35,327 nt of DNA from Limisphaerales bacterium (GCA_043749955.1 JAYVCM010000148.1:1-35327); one strand, 5' to 3'. Positions 1 through 10,725 are shown, numbered from the stretch's first letter. A program made the numbers and translations. Notes: generated by a model not told the origin, from the letters alone.

Positions 1-43
1 TGAGTTTCATTCCCGGCGGACAGCCCCCGCTGCGGCCGCAACA

Positions 44-69
44 CACAGGCAAGATGCCTGTGCCACTAC
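44..69 (-). repeat. REP-like palindromic unit (GTAG-ended family), single arm; partner probably outside the window
   Basis: CACAGGCAAGATGCCTGTGCCACTAC is an internal hairpin ending in CTAC (GTAG on minus). It nearly matches the reverse complement of 34132-34157 and shares CAGGCAAGATGCCTG with the right arm at 33408-33429. Confidence 0.7.
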
Positions 70-169
70 CGCCGCACCGACAAGGATACCGATTATCACT
101 TGGAAATGCTATCACACCTCGCAGATTGCAAATCCGCGATACAGCCGACTGCAAGCTGGGGCCACGGTT

Positions 170-3100
170 TCAGTTCTGGCGCAAACGGAAGTAGCGCTCC
201 AGATCGGCGGGACCAATGGGAATCGTCACGCCCCGGAAACTGCCGTTGGTAACCACCGCGTTGGTGACGTCCGTCCAGACGATGACGGGATTGAGGTTGG
301 TGGTGTTTTCCAAATGGAAGACATCGGGCGTCGTCGTGAGCCAGTTCACCGAGAGCTGCGAACCGTTCAAGCCGACCAACAGCAACGGCGGCAGAAGCGG
401 GGTGACGGTCACAATCACGGAGCTGGTGTTGTCCGCGGGCGCGGTGTCGGTTTCGTTCGCCGTGGCGGTGGCTGAGTTGGTGCGGCTGCCGGCGGTGGTG
501 GGGGTGACGATGAGGCTGACGCGCGCGCCGGCATTGACGTTGAGGCTGCCGATGGTGGCGGTGACGGTGCCGCCGGAATTCGTGACGCTGCCCTGCGTGG
601 TGCTGGCGGAGACGAACGTCAGGCCCGCCGGCAACGTGTCCGTGAAGCTGACGCCCGTGGCCGTGACCGTGCCGTGGTTGGTGACGGCGAGCGTGTAGGT
701 GAAATTATTGAACGCACTGGTGACGTTGGTTGAAGCGGTCTTGGTCAGCGTGAGATTGACGCCCGTCACCACCACGCCGGAGTTCCACGCGAAAACGTCG
801 AGCGTATGATTGGCGTCGTCGGCCACGAGGTCGGACGCGTTGCTCAAGAAGGAAATCACCGCGCCGCTGTCACTGACCAGCGCGCTGTAGGACGAGGAAT
901 CGCCCGCGCCGGTGGCGAAGCGGTTCTCGCTGATGAGCAGCGTGATTCCCGTCTGGCGGTCGTGGCGAAAAACATTCGGCGCGTATTGGAAGAAAATTCC
1001 CGGCACGAGATCCGAGGCGGCACCGTTGAAGACAACGTAACGGCCATCAGCGCTGATCTTCGGCTCGTAGGAGGCGTCATTGCCCGTGCCGGTGCCGTGG
1101 CAGTTGAGGCTGACGAGCGTGGTGGTGTCCGCCACGAGATCGCGCACGAAGACGTCGGCGAACATGCCGTTCACATCCGTGGTGGCGACGAGGTTGGTGG
1201 AATCGCTTTGGAACGCGACGTAACGTCCGTCCGCGCTGACCGATGGGCCGTAGGATGCACCGCTGCCGGCCACCCCGCCGGGCGCCGCGCTGACCAGTTT
1301 CATGGTGCGCGTGGCGAGGTTGAAGGCGAACACGTCACCCATGCCGTTCGTGGCACCCGCGACGAGGTTGGTGGCGTAGCTGAAGAAAATCACCGTGCTG
1401 CCGTCGCCGCTGACGATGGCCTGGAAGGAATCTTCGTTGCCGCCGTTGCTGCCCGCGAGGTTCGGGCTGCAAAGAATGTTCGAGCCGGTCTGCCGGTCGC
1501 GGGCATAGACATCGAAGTGATTGTTGCTGTCGGCGGGGCCGAGGTTGCTTGAAAAAGTTTCATACACAACGTAACGGCCGTCGGGGCTGATGCGTGGATT
1601 GTAACTGTCGCTGTCGGCGCTGGCGGTGCCGGCGGCGTTGAGCGAGATAAGCTGCGTCAGACCATTGGTGCGGGTGCGGATGAAGATGTCGGAGTAGGAA
1701 CCGTTCACGTCGTTGGAGACGAGATTGCTCGCGCGGCTTTCAAAGACGATGAAGCGTCCGTCGGGCGTGATCCGGCCATTGACCGAGGCTTCGTTGCCTG
1801 CCCCCCGTGCCGCCCTGATTGAGGCTGACCAACGCGTTCGTGCCGGCGACCGTGTCGCGGAGATAAACGTCGGTGAAACCATTCGCATCATTGGCGACAA
1901 TGTTCTGCGCGCCGCTCTGGTAAACAACGTAGCGCCCATCCTCGCTCAACGAAGGATTCTCGGAGTAGCCCATCGCGCTGCCGGTGCCGGCGGCATTGAC
2001 GCTCACCAGCGTGGTGGTGCTGGCCGCGAGATCGCCCAGGAAAATGTCCTGGTCAAAGTTGGTGTCGCCGGCCACGAGGTTGGCGGCGTAGCTGGCAAAA
2101 GCCACCTTGGTTCCCGCGCCGTTCATCACGTTCTGCGACGAATAGGAACTGCCCGTGACGCCCAGCGCGAAGCTCAAGAGCGTGGCGTTCGTGTCACCGG
2201 GCGCACGCGCGAACGCGTCGAGGCTGCCACCGTTGGCGTCCAGCGGCGCCAGGTCCGTCGCGTAGGACGAGAAGACCGCGACGCCGTTGGAGCTGACGGC
2301 GGAATCGTTGATGCCGTCATTCGCGCCGTTCGTGTCGCCGAGCCGGGTGGTGAGGAGCGTGGTGGTGGCGCTGACGAGATCACGCTGATAAAGCTCGTAG
2401 GTGAACGCCGGGCTGCTGGCGGCGACGAGGTCCGTGGCGCGGCTGATGAACGTCACATAACGCCCGTCGGGACTGATGGCCGAACCGACGGAGTAATTGT
2501 CGCCGGGGCCGGTGTTCGTGCGGTTGACGCTCACGGTATAAGTCGTGTTGCTCAATACATCGCGCACGAACACGTCGCTGGTGAAGTTATTGTCGTTAGT
2601 CGTGACGTTACTGGCATAGGTGTCAAACAACACATAACGTCCGTCCCGGCTCGCACCATACAGGTAAGTATAGCCGTTCGCCGCCACGCCGGAATTATTC
2701 TTGCTCACGATGACCGTCGTGCCGGCGGTCATGTCGCGCTGGAACGTCTGCCGCGTGAACGACGGCGTGCCGGCCGCGAGGTCGGTCGAGGAGCTTTGGA
2801 ACGTCACATAACGCCCGTCCGCGCTGACGGCGTAGGGATATTCGCAGGTGCCGTTGCCCGCCGTGCCGCCGGTGTTGGCGCTGACCAGCGCGTTGGTGCC
2901 GTTCACCACGTCGCGCCGGTAGATGTCGTAGCGCGTGTTGCTGTCGGACGGCGAAAGATTGCTCGCATAACTGCCGAAAACGACGTAGCGGCCGTCCGCG
3001 CTGATGACCGGCCGGTCGGAATAACTGTTGCCGCTCGCCGTGCCGGCGGAGTTGATGCTGACCAGTTGGTTCGTGCCCGTGGTCAGGTCGCGGAAGAAGA

Positions 3101-6100
3101 CATCACTGCTGGTATTGGTGTCCGCCACGCCCGCGACGAGATTGTTGGCCAGCGAATGGTAGGCGACCTTCGCGCCGTTGGTGGAGAGGCTGAAGGTGTA
3201 GGAATAATTATTGCCGCCCGCGCCGTTGGTGCTGACGCTGACGAGCTGGTTGACGCCGGACGCGAGCGTGCGCACATAAATCTGCTGGAGCGTCGCGACG
3301 TTGGTCGTCAAATCCGAGCCATCGCCGAGGAAGCCGACGCGCGAACCGTCGGCGCTGATCTGCGCCTGATACGAACCGCCGGAGGACGCCGCGCCCTGGG
3401 CGTTCAGGCTGACCAGCGTGTTGGAATGCGTGACGCGGTCATGGATGAAAACGTCCGCAGAATTGTTTTGATCCATCGTGGGAACGAGGTTGTTGGCGTA
3501 GCTGTGAAACGCCACATAGCGTGCGTCATCGCTGATGGAAAGGCCATACGAACCCTGGTTGCCCGTGGTGAGGAGATTGGTTTGCGCCAGCGAGACGGCT
3601 TTGATCGTGCCGACGGACGAGATTTCGTTGTCAAAAATTTCCAGTGTGGCGTTGGTCGGCGCCAGCAGGATCACGCCGCCCGTGGGGCTGTAGAGGCGCA
3701 GGCGCAACGTCTCGTTGCACTCCGCTGCCATGTCGTCGGTGATGAAGACACGAAAACTCTTGAGCGTTTCGCCGTTGGTGAACACCAGCACGCCGTTGGT
3801 CGCCGTGTAATCGCTCCCTGCCGTGGCGGTGAGGTTGGACGTGGCGAAGGTCGCGCCCACCGTGCCGACCGCGCCGCCGAGCCGTTGAACACCGATGAGC
3901 GCGGAGCCGCCGCCCTCGTTCACAAAATAATTCTCCATGGTGAATTCCAAAATGCCCGGCCCGGCCTGCACGACGGTTTCCTCGAAATCCGAATCATTCA
4001 CGGTGTCGGGATCATATTCGAGGCGCGAAAGATTTCCGTTGCTGAAGTTCGTGCCCACGGCCGTCGGGATGGCCGTCACGGTCAGCGTCGCGATGGCGTG
4101 CGCATTGATCGTGTTGAAGGTGGCCTGGATAAAATTTCCATATTGGGCAAAAGTTCCCTGCGAGATGCTCGCGCCGTTGAAAACCTGGCTGCCGTCGAGA
4201 TAGAAGTTCGCCACCGAGCCGCTGGCCGCATCCGGGCCGAGGTTCGTGACCGTGAGCGTGTAGGTGAGCGGATGTCCGGCCACGACCGGATCGGGCGAAT
4301 CCGCAAGGCTCATCCCCAAGTCCGCGATGCCGATGGACGTGGTTTCCACCGCCGAGTTGTTGGAAGTGTCATTCTCCACCTGCGCCGCCACCGCCACCAC
4401 GGAGTTGCTTTCCAGCGCGGTGACGTTGCCATGCACCGTAATCACCAGGCTCGCGCCCACGCCATCCGCCAGCGCGCCGACGTTCCAAGTCACGACGCCC
4501 GCGCTCTGTGGAGCCGACCCCTGCGAAGCCGCCGCGCTGACGAACGTGAGGCCGGACGACAACCGGTTCGTCACGAAAACTGCGGTGGCGTTCGTCGGCC
4601 CGTAGTTCGTCGCTGTAATGGTGTAAGTGAAGTTGGTGAAATGCGGCACCGGATCGGCGGATTCGGCGAGCGTCACGGCGAGGTCCAGAGTGTTCGCGGA
4701 GACAACTTTCCGCGCGAAAGAAAATTCGCTCGTGTTGCCGTCGGGGGCGGTGGCGGTGGCCGTGAGGTAATGTCCCAGCGGCAGCGCGGCAGGGTTCGTG
4801 AACGTGAAGCTGACGTTGCCGCCGCCGTCCGTCGTCACATCGGTGAAGCCAAGATACGTCTGCCCTTCTCCGTAGCCGCTCGGATCATTGGTCGGGTTGT
4901 CGAACAGCTCGACGCGATAAGTGAGATTGTTCGCGCTGTTCAACGACGCGGTGATGATCGTCTGCGCCGCGTTCGTGACCGCGCGGGAGAGAACCGGATA
5001 ATTCTGAAAATTATTCGCGCCGGTGTCGCCGTCGCCCGCATCGTTGTAAGTCACATAATCGCCGCCCAGATCAATGCCGAGATTTGTGTTCGCGTAAATG
5101 GAATTGCCGAGAACCAGATTGCCGGGGTGATAGCCGACCTCCACGCCGTTGTTGCCGTTATAGGCGATGACGTTTCCCGCGCCGGCGTTCGTGCCGCCGA
5201 CCGTGTTGAAGTTTGCGTTGAGGTAAACACCATCGTAGCCGTTGCCCAGCGGCAATGCGCCCGTGAGCGTGACGCCGATGAGATTGCCCTGGATGACGTT
5301 TCCGTCCGGCAACGGCGGCGGCGTGCCGGCATAATTGAAAATGGATTCACCACCGCCAGAGCCGCCCAAGTTGACGCCGTGGACCAGATTGCCGCTGATG
5401 AGATTGCTCTGCCCCGCCGCCGCGCCGCCGACGAGGTTGAACAAGCCGTATTGGATGTTCACGCCGTGTTCGCCGTTCGGAATGGCGTAGGTGCCGTCAA
5501 CATTCACACCGATGAAGTTTCCGAAAATGGAATTGGACGAACTGGAATCCAGCCGGATGCCGTCCCCGGCGTAGAGCGTGGGTTCCTCGCCGTTGCCGGA
5601 AATCAAATTGCGCGCGCCGGCGTTCGTGCCGCCGATGACGTTCAAGCCCGCCTGGTAATAACAGAAGATGCCCATGTTCGTGTTGCCCACGTCGAACGAT
5701 CCCGTGGCGTCCGCGCCGATGATGTTGCCAGCAATCAGATTGTCCGTCGTCTCCGACAGCCAGATGCCGTAGAGGTTGGCGGAGATCAGATTGTGGGCCG
5801 CCGCCGCTTCGCCGCCGATGACGTTCGTGCCCGTCGTCTGCACGCCGAAATTGACGCCCGCGATCCGCACGCCCGCCGCGCCGTTGCCGCGCCGCGTGAA
5901 CCCGTCCGGCGCCACACCGAGGTAGCAGCCCTCCACACGGCTGCCGACGCCGTTGGTGATCTGGATGCCGTCGTTCTTAAAACGGTTGACGGCCAGCGCG
6001 CGGATGACGCAGTTGCCGGCGGCAATTTTGAAACCATTCGCGTTCGCGCCCGCGTTCGCCCCGGAGAGTTCCACGACGGGCGCGTTGGAATAGCCCGGCT

Positions 6101-6350
6101 GCGTCGAGCCGTCAATCGTCACGGACTCCGTGAGACTCGGCAACGCGCTGACCGGACTGATGGTGAACGCGAGATTAGTGATGTTGAACGCGATGGTGTC
6201 CGCGCCCGCATTGCCGTTCGCGTCAGTGATGGCCTGCCGCAGCGAACCGGCACCGGTGTCGTTGGTGTTACTGACGGTGTAGGTGGCGGCACGCGCCAGC
6301 CAGGGAAGGAGCAGCAAAATTAGAATGGGAAAAACATGGTGCGTTTTCAT
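170..6350 (-). CDS. Giant secreted/surface protein (~2059 aa if restored): signal peptide, parallel beta-helix region, 2x DUF11, Calx-beta, many TolB/PD40-like propeller repeats, DUF11, C-terminal tail domain; interrupted by a +1 frameshift at 1801-1806
   Basis: Start MKTHHVFPILILLLLPWLARA (ATG at 6350), then TYTVSNTNDTGAGSLRQAI and GN-rich beta-helix repeats. DUF11-type 'TYTLTVTNLGP' and Calx-beta-type 'TATAGSDYTATNGVLVF' motifs follow, then repeated 'ISADGRYVVFxSxASNL...DVFVRD'. ORFs 1740..6428 and 170..1939 continue the same repeat family across a C6 run. Confidence 0.9.
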
Positions 6351-6497
6351 AGTCGTTGGCGAAAGCAGGCGTTTTGAACTTTTCCTTAAGCGTTGGTAAA
6401 GGGTTTCTAGCACGGTTGAGCGCGGCATTCCAGTATTTTTTGCGCCCGAAAAATTTGTCGGGTGCAGCTAGACACTGTCCCCGTTTGCGAACCTGCC

Positions 6498-6599
6498 GGA
6501 GCGCGGCTGTGTCGTCCTCGACCAGCCGCAGCCGCATGGCCATGAACGGCGTCTGAAACCGCCTGCTGCGGCTGGTCGAGGACGACTCCGCCGCACTCC
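6498..6599. repeat. REPIN-like inverted REP pair (GGAG-ended family A)
   Basis: GGAGCGCGGCTGTGTCGTCCTCGACCAGCCGCAGC ... GCTGCGGCTGGTCGAGGACGACTCCGCCGCACTCC. The same arms occur at 17760-17884 with a different interior. Confidence 0.85.
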
Positions 6600-6639
6600 G
6601 CTTCGGTTGCGTTGCGAGACGGAGTCAAGCTGCGCCCTT

Positions 6640-7530
6640 TCAGTTCGCCGGTGCTTTCGCCGCCGCGCGGATCGCGTCGGCGAGTTCCAGCGGCGTCCAA
6701 GCGTTGCCGTCGAACTGGTGCGAGATTTTTCCGTTCACGTCCAGCACCACTGTCCGCAGGTTGTGCGAGATGGAACCGGCCTCGCGCCAGAATTGCAGAT
6801 CCACCTTCGGCGCCAGCCCCGCCAGCGTGTTGGTGGACGCGACGGTGAACAACCAGCGGTTCGGGTCGCCGCCGCGATAAAAATTTCCAAACCCCGCCAG
6901 CATTTGCGGCGTGTCGAAACTTGGGTCGAAAGAAATGGAAAGCAGTTCCCAGTTCGCCGGCGCGTTCGTGTCCGCCAGCAGAAGTTTCCGCGCCTCAGAA
7001 AAGTTTTTGTTCATGCGCGGGCAAAATTCCGGCAGCGGACAACTCGTGAAGAAGAACGTGAACGCCACCGCGCGCCCGCGAAAATCTGCGAAGCGGATTT
7101 TGCTCCCGTCCTCGGTGGTGAGTTCGCTGTCGGGCAGCACGTCGCCCACCTTGAGTTCTTCCGTGGCGGCGTGAAACACAAACACATTGTTCGTCACCAC
7201 GCCAATGTGATGCGAGACAAAGCGGATGCCTTCAATCCAACTGTCGTTGTCAGTCACGGCGAGGTGGAAGGTGATTTCGTCGTCGGGTGAAATACCATTC
7301 AGTTCGTTCGTTGCCTTCACGATGAAAGCCATCGTCATCGCGCCCATGAAGCCGGGGATGGCCTCGTGCTGGATGGTGGCCTCATGCCGGTCCGGCGCGA
7401 TGCCCCGGACAATGCCGCGCGCGGCGTAAGTTTTCACCGCCGGATTTTCCGCAACGGGTGCGGGCTTTTCCGGCTTGCAGCCGACGGCCACCAGTGAGGC
7501 CAGGGTCAGGAAATAAAACAGTCGTTTCAT
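6640..7530 (-). CDS. SCO family lipoprotein with N-terminal CusF-like copper-binding domain
   Basis: Lipobox LVAVGC; 'ATIQHEAIPGFMGAMTMAF' CusF-like motif; SCO domain FFFTSCPLPEFCP, SISFDPSFDTP and conserved His in SHNLRT. Confidence 0.85.
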   Translation of the reverse strand: MKRLFYFLTLASLVAVGCKPEKPAPVAENPAVKTYAARGIVRGIAPDRHEATIQHEAIPGFMGAMTMAFIVKATNELNGISPDDEITFHLAVTDNDSWIEGIRFVSHHIGVVTNNVFVFHAATEELKVGDVLPDSELTTEDGSKIRFADFRGRAVAFTFFFTSCPLPEFCPRMNKNFSEARKLLLADTNAPANWELLSISFDPSFDTPQMLAGFGNFYRGGDPNRWLFTVASTNTLAGLAPKVDLQFWREAGSISHNLRTVVLDVNGKISHQFDGNAWTPLELADAIRAAAKAPAN

Positions 7531-7534
7531 AAAT

Positions 7535-8182
7535 TTATTTTCGCAGGCGGGCGATTTCCGCAATCACGGCGGCGGTCGTTTCCGGTCGCATGCCGTCGAA
7601 GTAAGACCTCACGTTGCCGCGCGCGTCCACAACTGCGATGCGCTCGGTGTGCGAAAAATTTCCCGGCATGTAGGTGAACGGGTCGTCCAAGTCCTGCGCC
7701 AGAAAACTCGTGGCGATCAGGCCGTGGAGCACCGTCTTGTCGCCGGTGAGCATCAGCCAGCGGTTCGTGTCCGCGCCGAAACGTTCGCCGAACTTCATCA
7801 GCGCCGCCGGCGTGTCCGTGCGCGGATCCACCGTCAGCGAAACAAACCGCACGTCCGGCTGGCCGGTGGTGCGCTGCTGGATTTCCGCCATGCGCCGGTT
7901 GACTTCGGGACACGTCAGCGAACAGCTCGTGAGCAGAAAATCCACGACGAGAATTTTCCCGGCGAGTTCCGCACGCGTGACCGTTCGCCCCGTGCGGTCA
8001 GTCAGGGAAAATTCCACCAACTCGCGCGGGCGGTCCGGCGGGATGCTGGAAACTTTTTCCCGGTGATTCAGCGCGAAGATTAAAAAAATTCCGCCGGCCA
8101 AAAAAAACAGCGCCACGACGAGGGCGATCCCTAAAAACAATCGTTCTGGGTTTGACGTTTTGGAGCCGGCGGTTTCGTTCAT
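7535..8182 (-). CDS. SCO1/SenC family copper chaperone
   Basis: N-terminal TM helix, FSLTDRTG, CxxxC (CSLTCP), SLTVDPRTDTP, His in FSHTERI. Confidence 0.88.
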   Translation of the reverse strand: MNETAGSKTSNPERLFLGIALVVALFFLAGGIFLIFALNHREKVSSIPPDRPRELVEFSLTDRTGRTVTRAELAGKILVVDFLLTSCSLTCPEVNRRMAEIQQRTTGQPDVRFVSLTVDPRTDTPAALMKFGERFGADTNRWLMLTGDKTVLHGLIATSFLAQDLDDPFTYMPGNFSHTERIAVVDARGNVRSYFDGMRPETTAAVIAEIARLRK

Positions 8183-8273
8183 TTCAATGGTTTATGTTCG
8201 CAGATTAAAACTTCAATGTCACCGCCGCAGGAAGGCGACGATCTGCGCCGAAGCGCAAGCGCGGATTATATTC

Positions 8274-8412
8274 GTAGCAGCCGACGTGAAGAGGCTCATT
8301 ATTTTCGATTTACGATATACGATTTAAGCGGCGCGCTGAATTGTGAGGTGACGCGTAAATCGTGAATCACATATCGTAAATTTAGTCAGAGCCTCCTCAC
8401 GTCGGCTGCTAC
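8274..8412. repeat. REPIN-like inverted pair (GTAG family) enclosing inverted heptamer repeats
   Basis: Arms GTAGCAGCCGACGTGAAGAGGCTC and GAGCCTCCTCACGTCGGCTGCTAC. Interior CGATTTA-CGATATA-CGATTTA ... TAAATCG-TGAATCA-CATATCG. Confidence 0.85.
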
Positions 8413-8415
8413 AAG

Positions 8416-9033
8416 TCATTTTTCCGCAATCCAGACCAGCGTGCCGCCCGGCAGCAGATCGTAGAGCGAAATCAAATCCGCGTCGGCGAGATGGATGCAG
8501 CCGTGCGAGGCGGGCCGGCCGAGCGATTCCTGGTCGCCGGTGCCGTGGATGTAAATTTCACGGTCGTGCGTGTCCACGTTGACGACGCCGTTGGAACCGC
8601 GATTGAAACCCGGTTCCAGCCCGTCGAGCCACAGGATGCGCGTGGTGATGCCGCCCGCCGCCACGCCGAGCGCGGCCACGCTGCCAACGACCTGGCGTTC
8701 CTTGAAAATTGTCCCCGCCGGCCAACCGTCGCCGATTTTTTCCGCGATGCGATGCAGCCCGCGCGGCGTGCAAAACGAATCCAACTGCTCCCCGATGCCG
8801 AAGCGCGACGTGGAGCAGGAAAAAGTTTTTACAAATTTTTCCCGGTTGAACAGCGAAGCGGTCTGGCCGGAGATGTTCACCGCCAAAATAAAATCCGTGG
8901 GCGTGATGCGCAGCCGGCCGCAGGTGGCCAGGCAGGTTTCGGGGAATCGGTTTTGGGAATCCTTCAGGCTCGCGCAGCCGGAAGTCAGGAGCACCGCCAG
9001 GCTCATCACGGAAATGTGGACGCGCCAGTTCAT
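8416..9033 (-). CDS. L,D-transpeptidase (YkuD family), predicted lipoprotein
   Basis: Lipobox LTSGC; TPRGLHRI; catalytic motif IYIHGT...LGRPASHGCIHL. Confidence 0.88.
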   Translation of the reverse strand: MNWRVHISVMSLAVLLTSGCASLKDSQNRFPETCLATCGRLRITPTDFILAVNISGQTASLFNREKFVKTFSCSTSRFGIGEQLDSFCTPRGLHRIAEKIGDGWPAGTIFKERQVVGSVAALGVAAGGITTRILWLDGLEPGFNRGSNGVVNVDTHDREIYIHGTGDQESLGRPASHGCIHLADADLISLYDLLPGGTLVWIAEK

Positions 9034-9037
9034 CGGC

Positions 9038-10324
9038 TTACGCCTTGACGAGTTTTTTCACCAGCACCTTGGAGTTGCGTCCGCTCTGGTCATATTTCTC
9101 GCGGCGCACGGGCGGCAGATCGTCGGGCGTGCCTTCGGCGAAACCGCCCTTCGATTGAAAATAAGTAAACGCCTGCGTCGAAAGCGTGAGCAGTTCACCC
9201 AGGTTCAGTTCCTTCGCCTTGCTCTCGACGAACTGGATGAGCTTGCGCCCAATGCCCTGGTTCTCATGCGACGAACTCACATACAGACACGCGAGCTCGC
9301 CTTTTTTCTGCTCGGGATAAACGTGCAGCGCCACGCACGCGACGGGATTTTTATCAATCTCAAAAATAAAAAAATCGCCGAGCGTTTTTTCAATCATCGC
9401 CCGCGTGCGCTTCACCAGCTCATCCGATTCCACCGCCGCCTTGGTCAGCAACTGGATCGCCCGGATGTCTTTTTTCTTCGCGGGCCGGATCTGCTGATAC
9501 TCGTTCGCGTAAATCAAGGTGCCGATGCCTTCGTTGGAAAAAACTTCCGCGAGCAGGCCCTCGTCCACCCGGCCGTTGATGACGTGAACGCGTGGCACGC
9601 CGGCCTTGCAGGCCAGCGCCGCGTGCTGCGCCTTGGACAAAATCTCCGGCGCGAAACCGGCGCTGTTCGTCTGCAAATTTTTTTCCAGTTCCGCCACGAG
9701 CAGTTGCCGGATGAGCTGGCCGTTGTGGATCAAGCCGTCGGATGACGTGATGAAAATCAATTTGATCGCCTTCAACGCCTCGGCCACGGCGAGCGCGACG
9801 CCGTCGGAATTCACCCGATACGTCTTGCCGTCGCCGTCGAAACCAAGCGGTGGGATGACGGGCACGACGCCCTGCGCGAGCAGCGTCTGGAGCAGTTCCG
9901 TGTCCACGCGCTCCACCTTGCCGGTGAACTGATGATCCACGCCGCCGATGATGCCCATCGGATGCGCGATGATGACATTCGTGCTGGCGGCGCGGAGGTC
10001 GTTGGCGGAAAGGCCTTCGAGAATTTCGTGCGTGAGCCGGTTCGCAGCGGTGAGCGCGAGCTTGAGCGTGGCCGCGTCCGTGATGCCCGCGCCGTCAATG
10101 TCCGACGGCTTCACCTTCTGCTCCTCGGCGAGCAGTTTAATTTGCGCCGACGCGCCGTGGACGAGCACCACGCGGATGTTCAACGACCGCAGCACCGCCA
10201 CGTCGAGCAGCAGCGTGGCGAAGTTTTCGTCCGTGACGATCGCACCGTCAATCGCGAGGATGAACGTCTTCTCGCGGAACTGTGGAATGTATTGCAGGAT
10301 GCCCCGCAGGTCGGTCAGTTTCAT
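9038..10324 (-). CDS. argA: Amino-acid N-acetyltransferase (N-acetylglutamate synthase), AAK + GNAT domains
   Basis: VVLVHGA, TGKVERVD, EVFSNEGIGT, then GNAT ELACLYV...QGIGRKL and terminal RNSKVLVKKL typical of ArgA. Confidence 0.93.
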   Translation of the reverse strand: MKLTDLRGILQYIPQFREKTFILAIDGAIVTDENFATLLLDVAVLRSLNIRVVLVHGASAQIKLLAEEQKVKPSDIDGAGITDAATLKLALTAANRLTHEILEGLSANDLRAASTNVIIAHPMGIIGGVDHQFTGKVERVDTELLQTLLAQGVVPVIPPLGFDGDGKTYRVNSDGVALAVAEALKAIKLIFITSSDGLIHNGQLIRQLLVAELEKNLQTNSAGFAPEILSKAQHAALACKAGVPRVHVINGRVDEGLLAEVFSNEGIGTLIYANEYQQIRPAKKKDIRAIQLLTKAAVESDELVKRTRAMIEKTLGDFFIFEIDKNPVACVALHVYPEQKKGELACLYVSSSHENQGIGRKLIQFVESKAKELNLGELLTLSTQAFTYFQSKGGFAEGTPDDLPPVRREKYDQSGRNSKVLVKKLVKA

Positions 10325-10398
10325 TTCAGCGGAGAATAAGTAATCGGTTTTGCGCGGGATTCAAATCAATTTATTTCAACACCGAAGAATAAAAATCC

Positions 10399-10725
10399 TC
10401 ACGCGAAGTTGATGTTATGGCGGATGCCAGCTTCTCCTGCCTTGTCGAGCAGGCGGATCAATGCCGTCCGCTCCGCCACCCGCGTCCGTCTGCGGATCAA
10501 AATGATCAGGCCGCAATGCGGTTGGGATTTTGTCAGCGTAAGAAAATCATCACGATTACAGATGATCAGGATCCATTCGTTTTGATGCACATGGGCGAGC
10601 ACCTCGGCGTCTTCCGCTTCCGTTGGCAGCACATCGCGCAAATGCACAACTTGATGACCGAGCGATCGGAGGGAATAAGCGACGTCGTCCGGCGTGTCCT
10701 GATCAAGCAGAAAGATCATTCTCAT
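10399..10725 (-). CDS. DUF5615 family PIN-like toxin (VapC45-like); start at 10725 or 10719
   Basis: MxFLLDQD...LRSLGHQVVH...D.EVL...LIICNRDDF...HCGLIIL matches the DUF5615 pattern; overlaps the upstream DUF433 gene. Confidence 0.82.
   Translation of the reverse strand: MRMIFLLDQDTPDDVAYSLRSLGHQVVHLRDVLPTEAEDAEVLAHVHQNEWILIICNRDDFLTLTKSQPHCGLIILIRRRTRVAERTALIRLLDKAGEAGIRHNINFA

Noticed and set aside
120-166. Degenerate hairpin CGCAGATTGCAAATCCGCG... after the stop of the first giant gene
   Set aside because: Looks like a decayed REP arm but has no partner or second copy in the window and no U-tract, so neither repeat nor terminator can be supported.
1713-6323. 1536-aa ORF on the + strand
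   Set aside because: Antisense shadow of the real minus-strand gene; Arg/Val/Gly-rich with no motifs, as expected from codon bias in GC-rich DNA. The same applies to the other long antisense ORFs, e.g. 24809-26383, 26663-28069 and 13030-14169.
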